Shown piece by piece: positions 9,954 to 19,479 of a stretch of 64,000 nt of DNA (the stretch's first letter is position 1; the number at the start of each line of letters is the position of its first letter). Made by a program: the position numbers and the translations under genes. The stretch is from a virus. The DNA lies in IMG/VR virus record IMGVR_UViG_3300031576_000011, positions 33,307 through 97,306 of that record. One strand, written 5' to 3'. The notes under the pieces were generated by a model that was not told the DNA's origin, made no database searches, and saw nothing but the letters and a program-made list of their open reading frames with translations.

Positions 9954-10258
9954 TCAATCCCTCCCCCAATTCGCGCAACCTCGCCAACCGTGTCGTTACC
10001 GACGCGGCCGGACGCGAGCTCTACGAGATCCGGACGCCCATGCCGTACGCCCCGGTGCCAGGCATCGCGCGGGCCATTATCCAGGCCGGCGACTCGCTGT
10101 TCGCGATGGCCTACCGGGCCTACGGCAGCGCCCAGCTCTGGTGGGCGATCGCGGACTTCAATGAGATCTTCGACCCCACGACGGAGACGACGCCGGGCCG
10201 CGAGATCCTGATCCCGCCCCGCGACTACGTCGAGGCGTGGCTCTCGAGGAGCGAATGA
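9950..10258 (+). CDS. LysM / tail X-like baseplate protein
   Basis: GDSLFAMAYRAYGSAQLWWAIADFN...PG..ILIP. Confidence 0.85.
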   Translation: MINPSPNSRNLANRVVTDAAGRELYEIRTPMPYAPVPGIARAIIQAGDSLFAMAYRAYGSAQLWWAIADFNEIFDPTTETTPGREILIPPRDYVEAWLSRSE

Positions 10259-11604
10259 CCGGGCGCGGCCCCTACCTACGGATCCGGACCAGCCACGGCT
10301 TCGGCGGCTCGCCCCAGCCGCTGCCGGAGTCGATCCTCGAACGCATCCTCTCGGTGGAGGTGCTCGACTCCGATCTGGGGATGGACGAGATCACCGTCAC
10401 GTTCGACAACGCGGACCTCGCGCTGTGGGGCCAGGCCATGTCGCGCGCGGCGCTGGCGTTCAACACGCGCTGGCACATCCAGTTCGGCTGGGAGGGCGGC
10501 ACGCTCAGCCCCATCCGGGCCTTCCTCGTGAAGAGCCTCAAGGGGAACCGAACGCTGACGATGCGCGCGTACGGGGGAGCCGCCGTGCGGCTCGACTACC
10601 CGGCCCGGCACGTCGTGTTCCGGAACTCCGGCGGCGACGGCAAGATCACGCGCTCCCAGGTGGCGCGCCAGATCGCGCTGGAGGCCGGGCTGGTCGTAGA
10701 GACCGGAGCGATCCAGACCACGTTCGGCGAATTCGAGTCGATCACCCAGCACGGGATCTCCGACGGCGCCATGCTGACGAAGATGGCGGACGACCTCGGG
10801 TTTGTGTGGTGGGCCAAGGATTTCGGGGACGACCGGGCCTACTTCTTCTTCGGGCAGCGCGAGATGGACAAGCGCGCTGACCGCCGGATCGACCTCGGCG
10901 ACGAAGGCGTCGTGGGGGAGCCGGAGATCGAGGTCGACGTCTTCCAGATCCCCAACACGGCGATCTCCCTGACGATCGATCCGCTGAACAATGTCCTGAA
11001 GGAGCACGAGGGCTCGAACGACGCAACGGAGCGGGCCGTGTCGGGGTCCTCGACGCCGATCTCCAAGGACATCGCCGGCCAGAACACGGTGGAGCCGCAC
11101 GAGGGCGGGACCATCCCCTCACTGCCCGCGATGTCGGAGAAGCGCCTCGAGGAGGAGATCGATGGGCTGTTCAAGAAGGTGGAGGAGAACCTGATCCGGA
11201 TCCGCCTGACCGTGGTGGGGGATCCCTCGATCGCGGTGGGCCACACGCTCGAGCTCGTGGGGTTCGGACAGGCGCTCGACAGCTCCCCGCAGTCGCCGGG
11301 TGGCGGCAACTACTACGTGTCGGAGGCCAGGCACCGGATCCGGCAGGGAGGCGGCTTCCTCACGGAGTTGTCCCTGATGCGGAACGCGCTCGGGGACTTC
11401 GACGTGCCGGCGAAACGCGACCGCCTGCGGGCGCGCGTGGCGTCGGAGCGGCGGGCCGCCCAGGGCGGCGTCACGACGCCGTCGGCCCCTGGCGTGCCGC
11501 CCGTCGCCGTGGCGGATCGCACCTTGGGGACCTCCCCGGACGCGGAGTCCGTGAAGGTCCCGGTGCGGGCGGTCGGATTCTCCACGGGAAGCACCGGGCA
11601 GTAG
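10255..11604 (+). CDS. Baseplate hub (late control D-like)
   Basis: ITVTFDN, ITQHGISD..ML..MA, VVGDPSI..G, GNYYVSEARH. Confidence 0.8.
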   Translation: MTGRGPYLRIRTSHGFGGSPQPLPESILERILSVEVLDSDLGMDEITVTFDNADLALWGQAMSRAALAFNTRWHIQFGWEGGTLSPIRAFLVKSLKGNRTLTMRAYGGAAVRLDYPARHVVFRNSGGDGKITRSQVARQIALEAGLVVETGAIQTTFGEFESITQHGISDGAMLTKMADDLGFVWWAKDFGDDRAYFFFGQREMDKRADRRIDLGDEGVVGEPEIEVDVFQIPNTAISLTIDPLNNVLKEHEGSNDATERAVSGSSTPISKDIAGQNTVEPHEGGTIPSLPAMSEKRLEEEIDGLFKKVEENLIRIRLTVVGDPSIAVGHTLELVGFGQALDSSPQSPGGGNYYVSEARHRIRQGGGFLTELSLMRNALGDFDVPAKRDRLRARVASERRAAQGGVTTPSAPGVPPVAVADRTLGTSPDAESVKVPVRAVGFSTGSTGQ

Positions 11605-11605
11605 C

Positions 11606-12265
11606 ATGTCCGACTTCGGACCCCCCTTCTTCGGTATGTACCTCGGACGGGTCGCGGAAACCGCGGACCCGCTCAAGCTGGGGCGGATCCGACCGATCGT
11701 GCCGGCCATCGCGGGCGCCGCGAAGATGGGGTGGGCCTCCCCGCTCGGGACCGTCGGCGGCGGTGCGAAGGACCGCGGCCTCTTCGCCGTGCCGCCGTTC
11801 GGGGCCCTCGTGGCGGTGTTCTTCGACGCCGGGGACGTGGACTCCCCCTACTACCTGGCGGGCCCATGGGCCGCCCCGTCAGGGGCGCCGGATCCTCCCG
11901 TGCCCTCCCAGATTGCGCCGGCGCTCGGCACCCAGGGAGATCCCAAGCACGTGGTGTGGGAGACGGAGAAGTTCAAGGTCACCTTCGCGGGCGGCTCCAC
12001 CGACAAGATGCGGATCGAGAGCAAGTCCACGCCTGGGAGCTACGTGGAGATCGACGGGGCGACGGGTAAGATCGTCCTCTCGACGACCGATCTGCGTCTG
12101 GCGGACGCCGCGGCGGTGGAGGCCATCATCCTGGGCACGTCGTTCCAGACCTTCTTCAACGCGCACATCCACAGCGGCGTCACCACCGGCGCTGGGTCGA
12201 GCGGCGCCCCAGTGACGGCGATGCCGGCCTCCCTCCTATCGGCGAAGGCGAAGGTGGGCGCGTAG
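11606..12265 (+). CDS. Baseplate spike (gp5 / gpV OB-fold)
   Basis: G.Y.GRV....DPL.LGRI, PPFGALV.V.F.AGD...PY and C-terminal HIH motif. Confidence 0.88.
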   Translation: MSDFGPPFFGMYLGRVAETADPLKLGRIRPIVPAIAGAAKMGWASPLGTVGGGAKDRGLFAVPPFGALVAVFFDAGDVDSPYYLAGPWAAPSGAPDPPVPSQIAPALGTQGDPKHVVWETEKFKVTFAGGSTDKMRIESKSTPGSYVEIDGATGKIVLSTTDLRLADAAAVEAIILGTSFQTFFNAHIHSGVTTGAGSSGAPVTAMPASLLSAKAKVGA

Positions 12266-12768
12266 TGCCGATCAAGCCCGAGCAGGACTTCCTCGGATCG
12301 ACGCCAGCATTCCCGTTCCGGGAGGCCGACGCCGGTCTACCGGACCTTGCCTTCGTGTCTGGCGAGGCGGCGGTCGCGGCCGGGATCGGCTTCCTGCTGC
12401 GCACGGCGCCAGGCGATCTGCCGTTCGATCCGGAGCTTGGGATGGATCCGGAAGTGCTCCGGTTCGACCCGGCGGACCCCGGCACGGCGAGCGACGCCCA
12501 CGCGATGATCGCCGCGTCGATCATCCGGGGCGAGCCCCGCGCCACGGCCGTGCGCCCAGAGATCGTGGTGGACCCCCACCAGAACCGTCTGGACATCCAC
12601 CTCGCCTACCGCACGATCCAGCGGGACGTCCCTGGCAACCAGGTTCGCCTGCCTTCGGGCAAGCACGAGGACATCCTGAAGCAGCCGGACACGCGGCGGC
12701 TCGCGATCCAGGGCTACTTCGACTCGATCACGATCGCGCTCGGCATCGGGCGCACGGGGAGCGCGTAG
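12265..12768 (+). CDS. Baseplate wedge gp25 / GPW-like
   Basis: LLRTAPGD.PF.PE.G and EPRA motifs. Confidence 0.8.
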   Translation: MPIKPEQDFLGSTPAFPFREADAGLPDLAFVSGEAAVAAGIGFLLRTAPGDLPFDPELGMDPEVLRFDPADPGTASDAHAMIAASIIRGEPRATAVRPEIVVDPHQNRLDIHLAYRTIQRDVPGNQVRLPSGKHEDILKQPDTRRLAIQGYFDSITIALGIGRTGSA

Positions 12769-14247
12769 ATGGCCACGACCCCGACGAATATCCCGCTCAT
12801 CCCCGCGCCGACCGACTACACGGCTGCGGACTTCGACGCGTGCCTCGTCGCGGTCCAGAACGCCATGAGCACGGCGTTCCCCCAGTGGACGGACTACAAC
12901 CGGGCGGCCGCCGGGAACAACGTGCTCCGCGCCTTCTGCCACCTGGCCGACATCGTCACGAAGTATCAGAATGACCAGGGCCGGGAGGCCGGCTGGGCGA
13001 CCGTCAAGCGCCGGAGGAACGCGATCGCGCTCGGGCGTGGGGTGGGGATCCGCCTGAAGGGCATCTCGGCCGCGACCGTCGATCTGACGTTCTCGATCCC
13101 GGCGGCGCTGACCCGGGACGTGCTGATCCCGCGCGGCACCCGGGTCTCCACGTCCGGGCAGGAGACGGCGCTCGAGTTCTTCACGACGGCGGACGCGCGG
13201 ATCCTCGCGGGGGCCACCAGCGTCATCGTGTCGGCCCGCAACGCGAAGCCGCGGGCGGAGACCCTGACCTCAACGGGACTACCGGACCAGCGTCTGCCCA
13301 CCGCCTTCCTGGGCTTCGTCGAGGGCTCCGCCGTCGTAACGATCGCGAGCGACATCTGCGTGCCGGTGTCCAACTTCTTCGCCTCGGGGCCCACCAGCAA
13401 GCACTACATGGTGCTCGTGGATGAGGAGGACCGCTTCTCGCCCCTGTTCGGGAACGGCACCAACGGCGCGGTCCCGGCGGTCGGGGACGTGGACATCGCC
13501 TACGAGACCGGCGGCGGGGCCGGCGGCAACGCGGGGGTCGGCACCATCGACGCGCTGGTCAGCACGCTGTTCGACACGGGGGGCAACGCGATCAACGCGA
13601 GCGTCACCAACGTCTCGGCCGCCGCCGGCGGTTCGGACCGGGAGACGGTGGAGCAGGCGCGCCGCCGGGTTCCCGGCGCCATCCGCGCGCTCACCCGCAC
13701 GGTGGCGCGAGAGGACTTCGAGATCGTGGCGCTGGGCGTCCCAGGCGTCGCTCGGTCGATGATGCTGACGACCGACGAGGATGCCACGGTGCTGGACAAC
13801 CACGGCCAGCTCGTGATCGTGCCGGTCGGGGGCGGGGCCCCGTCGACGACGCTCAAGGACCAGGTCAAGGCCGAGGTCACGACGGTGTTCCCGACGATGC
13901 TGACGTTCAAGGTCGACATGACCGATCCGACCTACCTCACCGTGAACGTGTCGTGCCAGGTGAAGAAGCGGCCGAACTTCACGAACACCCAGGTCGAGGC
14001 GAACATCACCGCGGCGCTGACCGCGTTCTTCGCGATCCAAGACGCGGACGGAGCGCCGAACCCGGCCATCGACTTCGGTCAGAACCTGACCGACGGACTG
14101 CTCGCGTGGTCCGACATCTTCGCGGCCGTGCGCGGGGCCACCGGGGTGCAGCGGGTGGAGGAAGACACCTTCGTGCCGGCGGACGACGTGGTGGTCACGA
14201 AGAAGCAGTTCCCGGTGCTCGGGACGGTCACGGTGACCTTCCTGTAG
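12769..14247 (+). CDS. Baseplate J-like protein
   Basis: DYT..DF, WTDYN, FGNG..G..P, GGSDRET.EQAR.R, RTVAREDFE. Confidence 0.9.
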   Translation: MATTPTNIPLIPAPTDYTAADFDACLVAVQNAMSTAFPQWTDYNRAAAGNNVLRAFCHLADIVTKYQNDQGREAGWATVKRRRNAIALGRGVGIRLKGISAATVDLTFSIPAALTRDVLIPRGTRVSTSGQETALEFFTTADARILAGATSVIVSARNAKPRAETLTSTGLPDQRLPTAFLGFVEGSAVVTIASDICVPVSNFFASGPTSKHYMVLVDEEDRFSPLFGNGTNGAVPAVGDVDIAYETGGGAGGNAGVGTIDALVSTLFDTGGNAINASVTNVSAAAGGSDRETVEQARRRVPGAIRALTRTVAREDFEIVALGVPGVARSMMLTTDEDATVLDNHGQLVIVPVGGGAPSTTLKDQVKAEVTTVFPTMLTFKVDMTDPTYLTVNVSCQVKKRPNFTNTQVEANITAALTAFFAIQDADGAPNPAIDFGQNLTDGLLAWSDIFAAVRGATGVQRVEEDTFVPADDVVVTKKQFPVLGTVTVTFL

Positions 14248-14256
14248 GAGGGCGAG

Positions 14257-14622
14257 ATGGCAGCGATCAAGAGCGCGGTGTCGATCTTCACGGCGCAGGC
14301 GCTGGCCGGCGACAGCGGCGTCACGACCTCCGGCTGGCTCAACCTCGACACCCGGTACGGCGGGATCGTCCAGGGGAAGGTCACGAACGGCGGCACCACG
14401 CTCGGCAAGGGCGCGGTCATCCAGGCGCAGATCTCGCCCAACCAGGCGGCGGGGGCCGAGGCCGACTTCGAGTGCCGGCGCGTCATGGGCAAGGACGCGT
14501 CCGAAGTCACGACGTTCGAGATTCGGATCCCGCCCGAGGTCCAGAACCTGCGGCTCAAGGTGAACCGCGGGGATGCGGCCGCCACGATCGACGCGATCTT
14601 CTCGAGGTTGGACGAGGTCTAG
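14257..14622 (+). CDS. Hypothetical tail-region protein
   Basis: RBS AGGAGG; codon usage matches neighbours. Confidence 0.6.
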   Translation: MAAIKSAVSIFTAQALAGDSGVTTSGWLNLDTRYGGIVQGKVTNGGTTLGKGAVIQAQISPNQAAGAEADFECRRVMGKDASEVTTFEIRIPPEVQNLRLKVNRGDAAATIDAIFSRLDEV

Positions 14623-14625
14623 GCC

Positions 14626-15375
14626 ATGGCCGAGGTCTGCGAAAAGGACCCCTGCGACCCGAAGGCGGACCCGTCACTGGCGGTCGCGCTGCTCGCCAAC
14701 GCCACGCCCGTGGCCACGGACACGGCGCCGGACGACTGCGAGCTCGACCGCGACTTCCGGATGCGGTCGCTGTTCCCCCGCCGGGTGATCGGGGACGACG
14801 AGGACTCGCCCGAGCCCTTCATCAGCCGGTTCCTCGACGCGCTGGACGCGGAAGCCAACGCGATGTTCCACCGGGTGGACTGCTTCCCAACCATCGCCGA
14901 TCCCCTCCGGTGCCCGGCGCCCCTGCTCGATCAGTTGCTCTACCACCTGGGGAACCCCTTCATCCTGGAGGAGGGGATGCCCGCGGACCGGAAGCGCATG
15001 CTCGCGCTCTCGCTCTTCACGATCTACGCGCTGAAGGGCACGTGCTACGCCATCATCGGGGCCGTCCGGCTGATCTACCGGGTCGAGGTCACCGAGTGCG
15101 TGCAGCCCAACATCGAGTGCTGGATCCTGGGGATCGACACCCTCAACCAGACGGCGATCCTCTGTCCCAGCACCGCGGCCGGGCGGCGCTCGTTCTCGAT
15201 CATGGTCCACAGGAACCTCACCGACACGGAGCGGGCCCAGATCCGGAACGTCGTGAACTACCTGAAGCCGGCGAACACGCACTTCATCCGGATCATCGAG
15301 CCGGGATCGCCGGGACACGTGGCTCACTGGGTGCTGAGAAAATCAAAGCTTAATCTGAATGCTTTCCTCCATTAG
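14626..15375 (+). CDS. Tail protein I-like (P2 gpI)
   Basis: DPLRCPAPLLDQLL..LG, IYALKGT, YLKPANT. Confidence 0.85.
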   Translation: MAEVCEKDPCDPKADPSLAVALLANATPVATDTAPDDCELDRDFRMRSLFPRRVIGDDEDSPEPFISRFLDALDAEANAMFHRVDCFPTIADPLRCPAPLLDQLLYHLGNPFILEEGMPADRKRMLALSLFTIYALKGTCYAIIGAVRLIYRVEVTECVQPNIECWILGIDTLNQTAILCPSTAAGRRSFSIMVHRNLTDTERAQIRNVVNYLKPANTHFIRIIEPGSPGHVAHWVLRKSKLNLNAFLH

Positions 15376-15470
15376 CGATCTGCTGGCCCTTTCTCCGCAT
15401 GGCGCAGCTCCGCGAGCAACACGGAGCTGTGACGTCGCGTTTCGTAGGATTCATAGAAAGGCAAGACAAC

Positions 15471-16922
15471 ATGGCTGCCCGTAGGGACTATTTCATATTC
15501 CAGGCTGTCACCGAAGCAGAACTGGACGCAGGGTTCGACGGTCTCGAGTTCGCCGAGTTCAACATCAAGGCCGACGCCTTCTCCGGATCGGCCGGGTTCA
15601 TCATCGCCGGCGTGACCGTGACGCAGGCTGGGGTGCCGAACCAGACGGTCCTCGTCGGCTCGTGCCTGGCCTGGGACAACCTGGGACAGCGCGTCTTCAA
15701 GTCCACGACCGGGACGGTGTTCGACTTCTCGCCCGACGACGATCCGATCAACCCCCGGATCGCGCGGCTCTACATCAAGTTCGCGCGCGCGCTCTCCGAT
15801 CCCCGCGTCGATGGGCTGGGCGCCACGGTGAACTTCGTGCGCGCGGAGTCGTTCGTGCTCGAGCGCGACCTGGGCGCCGCGGCGGCCGTTCCGGTCGCGC
15901 CGGCGCTCCGGATCGACGAGTCGATCCTGCTCGCCAACATCACGATCCCGGCGGCGGCCGGCGTGATCAACAACGCGCAGATCACCACGACGATCCAGAC
16001 CCTGAACTCGAAGTTCAAGGTCCGCCAGCTCTTCGGTGCGACCCAGGGCCTCGACGACGCGTTCATCGCGGCGGCCTCGGCCTCGCCGCTGCCCACGACG
16101 GCGAACCGGGTGGCCCTGTTGTCGGACGTCCCGGCCGGGATCGCCGGGTTCATGGGCCAGAACAAGATCGTGACGACCGGGGTCTTGGCCATCGACATCG
16201 AGCGGTTCGATGGCGTGGACCGCACGGCCGCGAAGCGGCTGCGGCTGCGGAACCGCTCGCTCACCCTCACCGGCGGAGCCGGAGCCGTGAACGACAAGGA
16301 CTACCCGGGCGCGATCGCGCCGTCGTCGTTCCACTACATCTACGCGATTGGCGACAGCACGCTCGTCAACCCCGATGCGTCGCTGGCCTCGCTCGCCAAG
16401 GGCGCGGGATTCGCGCCATTCACGAATCCCACCCTCCCGGCCGGATACGACCTCTACCGTCTGATCGGCGTGATGCTCACGAACGGCGCCGGCACCGACA
16501 TCTTGCCGTTCCGGCAGATCAACGGCGAGGTCATCTACGACGACTCGTTCCTGGCGAACGTCTACGCCGGCGGCCTGCCGCCGGCCGCCTTCACCGCCCT
16601 CGCGCTTGGCGGATTCGTGCCCCCGATCGCCGAGCGGGCGATCGTCGGCGTGGCCATCACGTTCGCCACGTCGCAGAACGCGATCATGGAGTTCCGGTCG
16701 CTCGGCGGGCCGACCGTCGTCAACTACACGACCCTGTTCCGCGCCGGCGCGAACGACACCCTGGACGGCGCCGTGCTCGCCGCGGACTCCGACTGGGAGA
16801 AGCGCCTGCACGTGAGCCTCACGGGCGGGATCGAGTGGCGAACCGCAGCCGGGACCGTCGGGGCCCACGCCGTCCGGGTGGACGTCCGGGGATTCGTGCC
16901 AGACCTTCACTACGACGTCTAG
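15471..16922 (+). CDS. Putative tail fibre / receptor-binding protein
   Basis: Follows gpI; N-terminal attachment-type region and beta-rich C-terminus (YIYAIG, PTLPAGY..YR.IG). Confidence 0.7.
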   Translation: MAARRDYFIFQAVTEAELDAGFDGLEFAEFNIKADAFSGSAGFIIAGVTVTQAGVPNQTVLVGSCLAWDNLGQRVFKSTTGTVFDFSPDDDPINPRIARLYIKFARALSDPRVDGLGATVNFVRAESFVLERDLGAAAAVPVAPALRIDESILLANITIPAAAGVINNAQITTTIQTLNSKFKVRQLFGATQGLDDAFIAAASASPLPTTANRVALLSDVPAGIAGFMGQNKIVTTGVLAIDIERFDGVDRTAAKRLRLRNRSLTLTGGAGAVNDKDYPGAIAPSSFHYIYAIGDSTLVNPDASLASLAKGAGFAPFTNPTLPAGYDLYRLIGVMLTNGAGTDILPFRQINGEVIYDDSFLANVYAGGLPPAAFTALALGGFVPPIAERAIVGVAITFATSQNAIMEFRSLGGPTVVNYTTLFRAGANDTLDGAVLAADSDWEKRLHVSLTGGIEWRTAAGTVGAHAVRVDVRGFVPDLHYDV

Positions 16923-16996
16923 CCTCGGCAGTTGCACGGGGCGCCGCAGGTGGTAGGATCTGAACCGGGTGGCCGCAGCCGCCCGTGGAGGTCGCG

Positions 16997-17365
16997 ATGG
17001 CGTTCAACGGCGGTGGGACGGCCCTGCTCGAGACCGACGAGGCCGTCCCAGTCAGGCTCTCGAAGGTGCTCTCGGCCCTCACGGCGGGGGCGAAGGTGCT
17101 GGTGGACGAGCAGCTCACGGGCCCGGCGACGCTCTTCGACCTGGCCCCGCATGTCGCGTCGATCGCGGCCCCCAAGCTCGGGCTGCTGGTCTGCGACGGC
17201 GACGGGGCGCGGCTCAAGTTCGACGGGGCCGCCGCCTTCACCGCGAAGGCGTTCAAGGTGTTCCTGTTCGAGCTCGCGGCGACGCCGTCCGGCGTCTTCG
17301 ATCTCGAGCTCGAGATCCAGGGCGCGACCCAGCAGCGCGTCCAGTTCTTCGTCATCGGCGACTAG
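16997..17365 (+). CDS. Hypothetical protein
   Basis: RBS GGAGG before ATG. Confidence 0.6.
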   Translation: MAFNGGGTALLETDEAVPVRLSKVLSALTAGAKVLVDEQLTGPATLFDLAPHVASIAAPKLGLLVCDGDGARLKFDGAAAFTAKAFKVFLFELAATPSGVFDLELEIQGATQQRVQFFVIGD

Positions 17366-17368
17366 GAC

Positions 17369-17680
17369 ATGCGTGCGCCCTCCTACGCCCTCGCGCTCCT
17401 TTCCGTGTTCCTGGCGGTCCCAGGATGCGGGAAGGCGCTCGTCGCCAAGGACCATCCCATCGCGGTCGCGGCGCACTCCAACACGGAGGATCTCCGTGGC
17501 ATCCGCGCCGAGGTGGTTGGGTTGCTCCCGGAGGCGTCGCGTTCCACGTGGAACACTCGCCTGATCGCCTACGTCGTCCGGTCGCTCTCCATCGAGGCGG
17601 GGCTGGCCGGCGACACCGACTTCGACGTGCGCCGCGCGCTCACCGAAGAGCAGGGGAAGACGGATGCCGGAACTCGCTGA
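17369..17680 (+). CDS. Putative lipoprotein
   Basis: Hydrophobic N-terminus ending VPG-C (lipobox-like). Confidence 0.55.
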   Translation: MRAPSYALALLSVFLAVPGCGKALVAKDHPIAVAAHSNTEDLRGIRAEVVGLLPEASRSTWNTRLIAYVVRSLSIEAGLAGDTDFDVRRALTEEQGKTDAGTR

Positions 17681-17960
17681 GGTCATCGCCGACGCGAAGG
17701 ACGTGCTCCGGGACGCCCGGATCACCCCGGAGGTTCTCGACTCCGCGCTCGACATCCTCGAGCTCGCCAAGACGCTCGCCGAGAAGGACGCGCTCGACAT
17801 CACCGACCTCCTCAGCGGCGACCCGAAGGCCGACCGGGCGATCTTCGAGGCGGCGAAGGTGCAGGCCGAGATCGGGCGCTCGATCGACTGGAAGGCCGTG
17901 GGGAACCTCGCGTTCCAGGTTGCGGGCGCGCTGGCGAAGGTCGCCGCGGTGTTGGTGTAG
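17664..17960 (+). CDS. Hypothetical protein with hydrophobic C-terminus
   Basis: Overlaps upstream gene; coding-like codon usage. Confidence 0.55.
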   Translation: MPELAEVIADAKDVLRDARITPEVLDSALDILELAKTLAEKDALDITDLLSGDPKADRAIFEAAKVQAEIGRSIDWKAVGNLAFQVAGALAKVAAVLV

Positions 17961-17968
17961 GAGGCGGA

Positions 17969-18220
17969 ATGAGCGATGCGACGCCAGCGACGGCGGCCCC
18001 AGGTGCGGTGGCCCGCAAGCGCAAGCCGTTCTGGCGGAGCCACAAGGTCTGGGCGGCGGCGCTCGCGGCCGCGGTCCCGATCCTGAACCGCCTGCTCAAG
18101 ATCGAACTCTCGCCAACCGAGGTGGCCGAGGCCATGGCGCCGTTCCTGGCCCTGATCGGCGTCGAGGGGGGCGCCGACCTCGCCAAGGTCTGGCACGAGG
18201 CGAAGCGGGCCAACGCGTAG
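17969..18220 (+). CDS. Holin-like membrane protein
   Basis: KPFWRS.KVW followed by two hydrophobic segments; end of late operon. Confidence 0.55.
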   Translation: MSDATPATAAPGAVARKRKPFWRSHKVWAAALAAAVPILNRLLKIELSPTEVAEAMAPFLALIGVEGGADLAKVWHEAKRANA

Positions 18221-18327
18221 TCCACCCGTCGGACCGGGAGGCACGATGCGGTCCCTGAACGACACGGAGACCCGGCTGCTGCTCGAAGTCTCCGCGTTGG
18301 CCGCCGAAACGCGGCTGAAGGTCGAGG

Positions 18328-18603
18328 ATGCCGGATCTCGAGCCGCTGCTCCTGTCGCTGCGGGACAACATCCTGTTCCTGAAGGACAGCCTGACCGAGC
18401 GGGGCGACGCTCAGGGCAAGTTGATCGAGGGGCTGGCCGACTCGCAGGGGAAGCTCGCGGATCGCCTGCGAACGGTGGAGCTGGAGCAAGCACGCGAGTC
18501 TGGCGCCGGGTCGTCGCGCTCCTCCGCCTGGGCCGCCATCGCCACGGTGGTGGGCATCCTCCTGTCCCTGGTGCTCGGGGTGCTGGCCCTGGTCTTTAGG
18601 TAG
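18328..18603 (+). CDS. Coiled-coil protein with C-terminal TM helix
   Basis: RLRTVE followed by WAAIATVVGILLSLVLGVLALVF. Confidence 0.6.
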   Translation: MPDLEPLLLSLRDNILFLKDSLTERGDAQGKLIEGLADSQGKLADRLRTVELEQARESGAGSSRSSAWAAIATVVGILLSLVLGVLALVFR

Positions 18604-18699
18604 GCGGCCACGGCGCGGAGGGCTGCCCACCTGGATCGGCTCCACGCGGCCTGGCAGGCCCGTGGCGGCTCAGAGGGCGACACGCCGGTCCCGGATGGC

Positions 18700-18969
18700 T
18701 TGCCGCCCGTCGGGCAGGGCCCTGGGGGCCACAACCGGGCTGCCCGGTGGCTTCGGGCGCGCGGCTGGGTCGCGCTCAGGGATCTGGCGCTGGCCTGGAA
18801 CGTGAACCGCCCCTGGCTCTGGCGACAGGCCAAGGCCGGGCGCATGCCGTACCTCCGGGTGGGCGAGCGCGCGATTTTCTTCGCGCCGAGCGACGTCCAG
18901 AGGCACGCCGACAGACTTGCCGATCCCGGCATACGGGTTGCGGTAGACTCGGCGGAGGCTCGTCCATGA
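18700..18969 (+). CDS. Excisionase-like HTH protein
   Basis: LRDLALAWNVNRPWLWRQAKAGRMPYLRVG..IFF; start uncertain. Confidence 0.65.
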   Translation: MPPVGQGPGGHNRAARWLRARGWVALRDLALAWNVNRPWLWRQAKAGRMPYLRVGERAIFFAPSDVQRHADRLADPGIRVAVDSAEARP

Positions 18970-19361
18970 GGCCGCACACGAAGCCGTACCTGGAAACCGC
19001 GATGGTACGCACCGGCCTGGGGGCCGTGGAGATCGCGGCGAAGGCCCAGATGCCACTCCGCACGCTCTACGACATCCGGACGCGGGTCTACCCGCTGCGT
19101 GCGCGCGGGCCCAACCGCGCATCCTTGCAGCGCTTGGCGGACGTTTTGCACATCGACCTCATGGTGTTGCTGCGCTGGATTGGCCTCGTGAAGCGCCGGA
19201 AGCCCAAGCCGAATCCGGACACGGCGTTGCCGCTAGTGGCAAGTCCATGTCCTGTGGCGCCGCCGCCGGTGGCGGCAAGCGAGTTGCCACTGGCGCCGGC
19301 CACGCAGACCGCCGCGTCCGGCAAAGACGGCACGGCTCATGCGACGTCGCAGGCGACATGA
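18966..19361 (+). CDS. XRE / Cro-like HTH regulator
   Basis: GLGAVEIAAKAQMPLRTLYDI...PNRASLQRLADVL; ATGA overlap. Confidence 0.7.
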   Translation: MRPHTKPYLETAMVRTGLGAVEIAAKAQMPLRTLYDIRTRVYPLRARGPNRASLQRLADVLHIDLMVLLRWIGLVKRRKPKPNPDTALPLVASPCPVAPPPVAASELPLAPATQTAASGKDGTAHATSQAT

Positions 19362-19479
19362 GACCTTGCGCGCATTGCGGGATCAGATTCTCGGCATGCA
19401 GGCCGTGGCTCGAAGGAGTCCAGCGGTACTGCATCTCGGTTGCGTGCAAGGCCATCAAGGGCCGGACCTGGAGGTTCGC

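Noticed and set aside
4276-15375. Stand-alone contractile injection system or tailocin
   Set aside because: Head-tail adaptor genes and contiguous replication and accessory modules indicate a true phage
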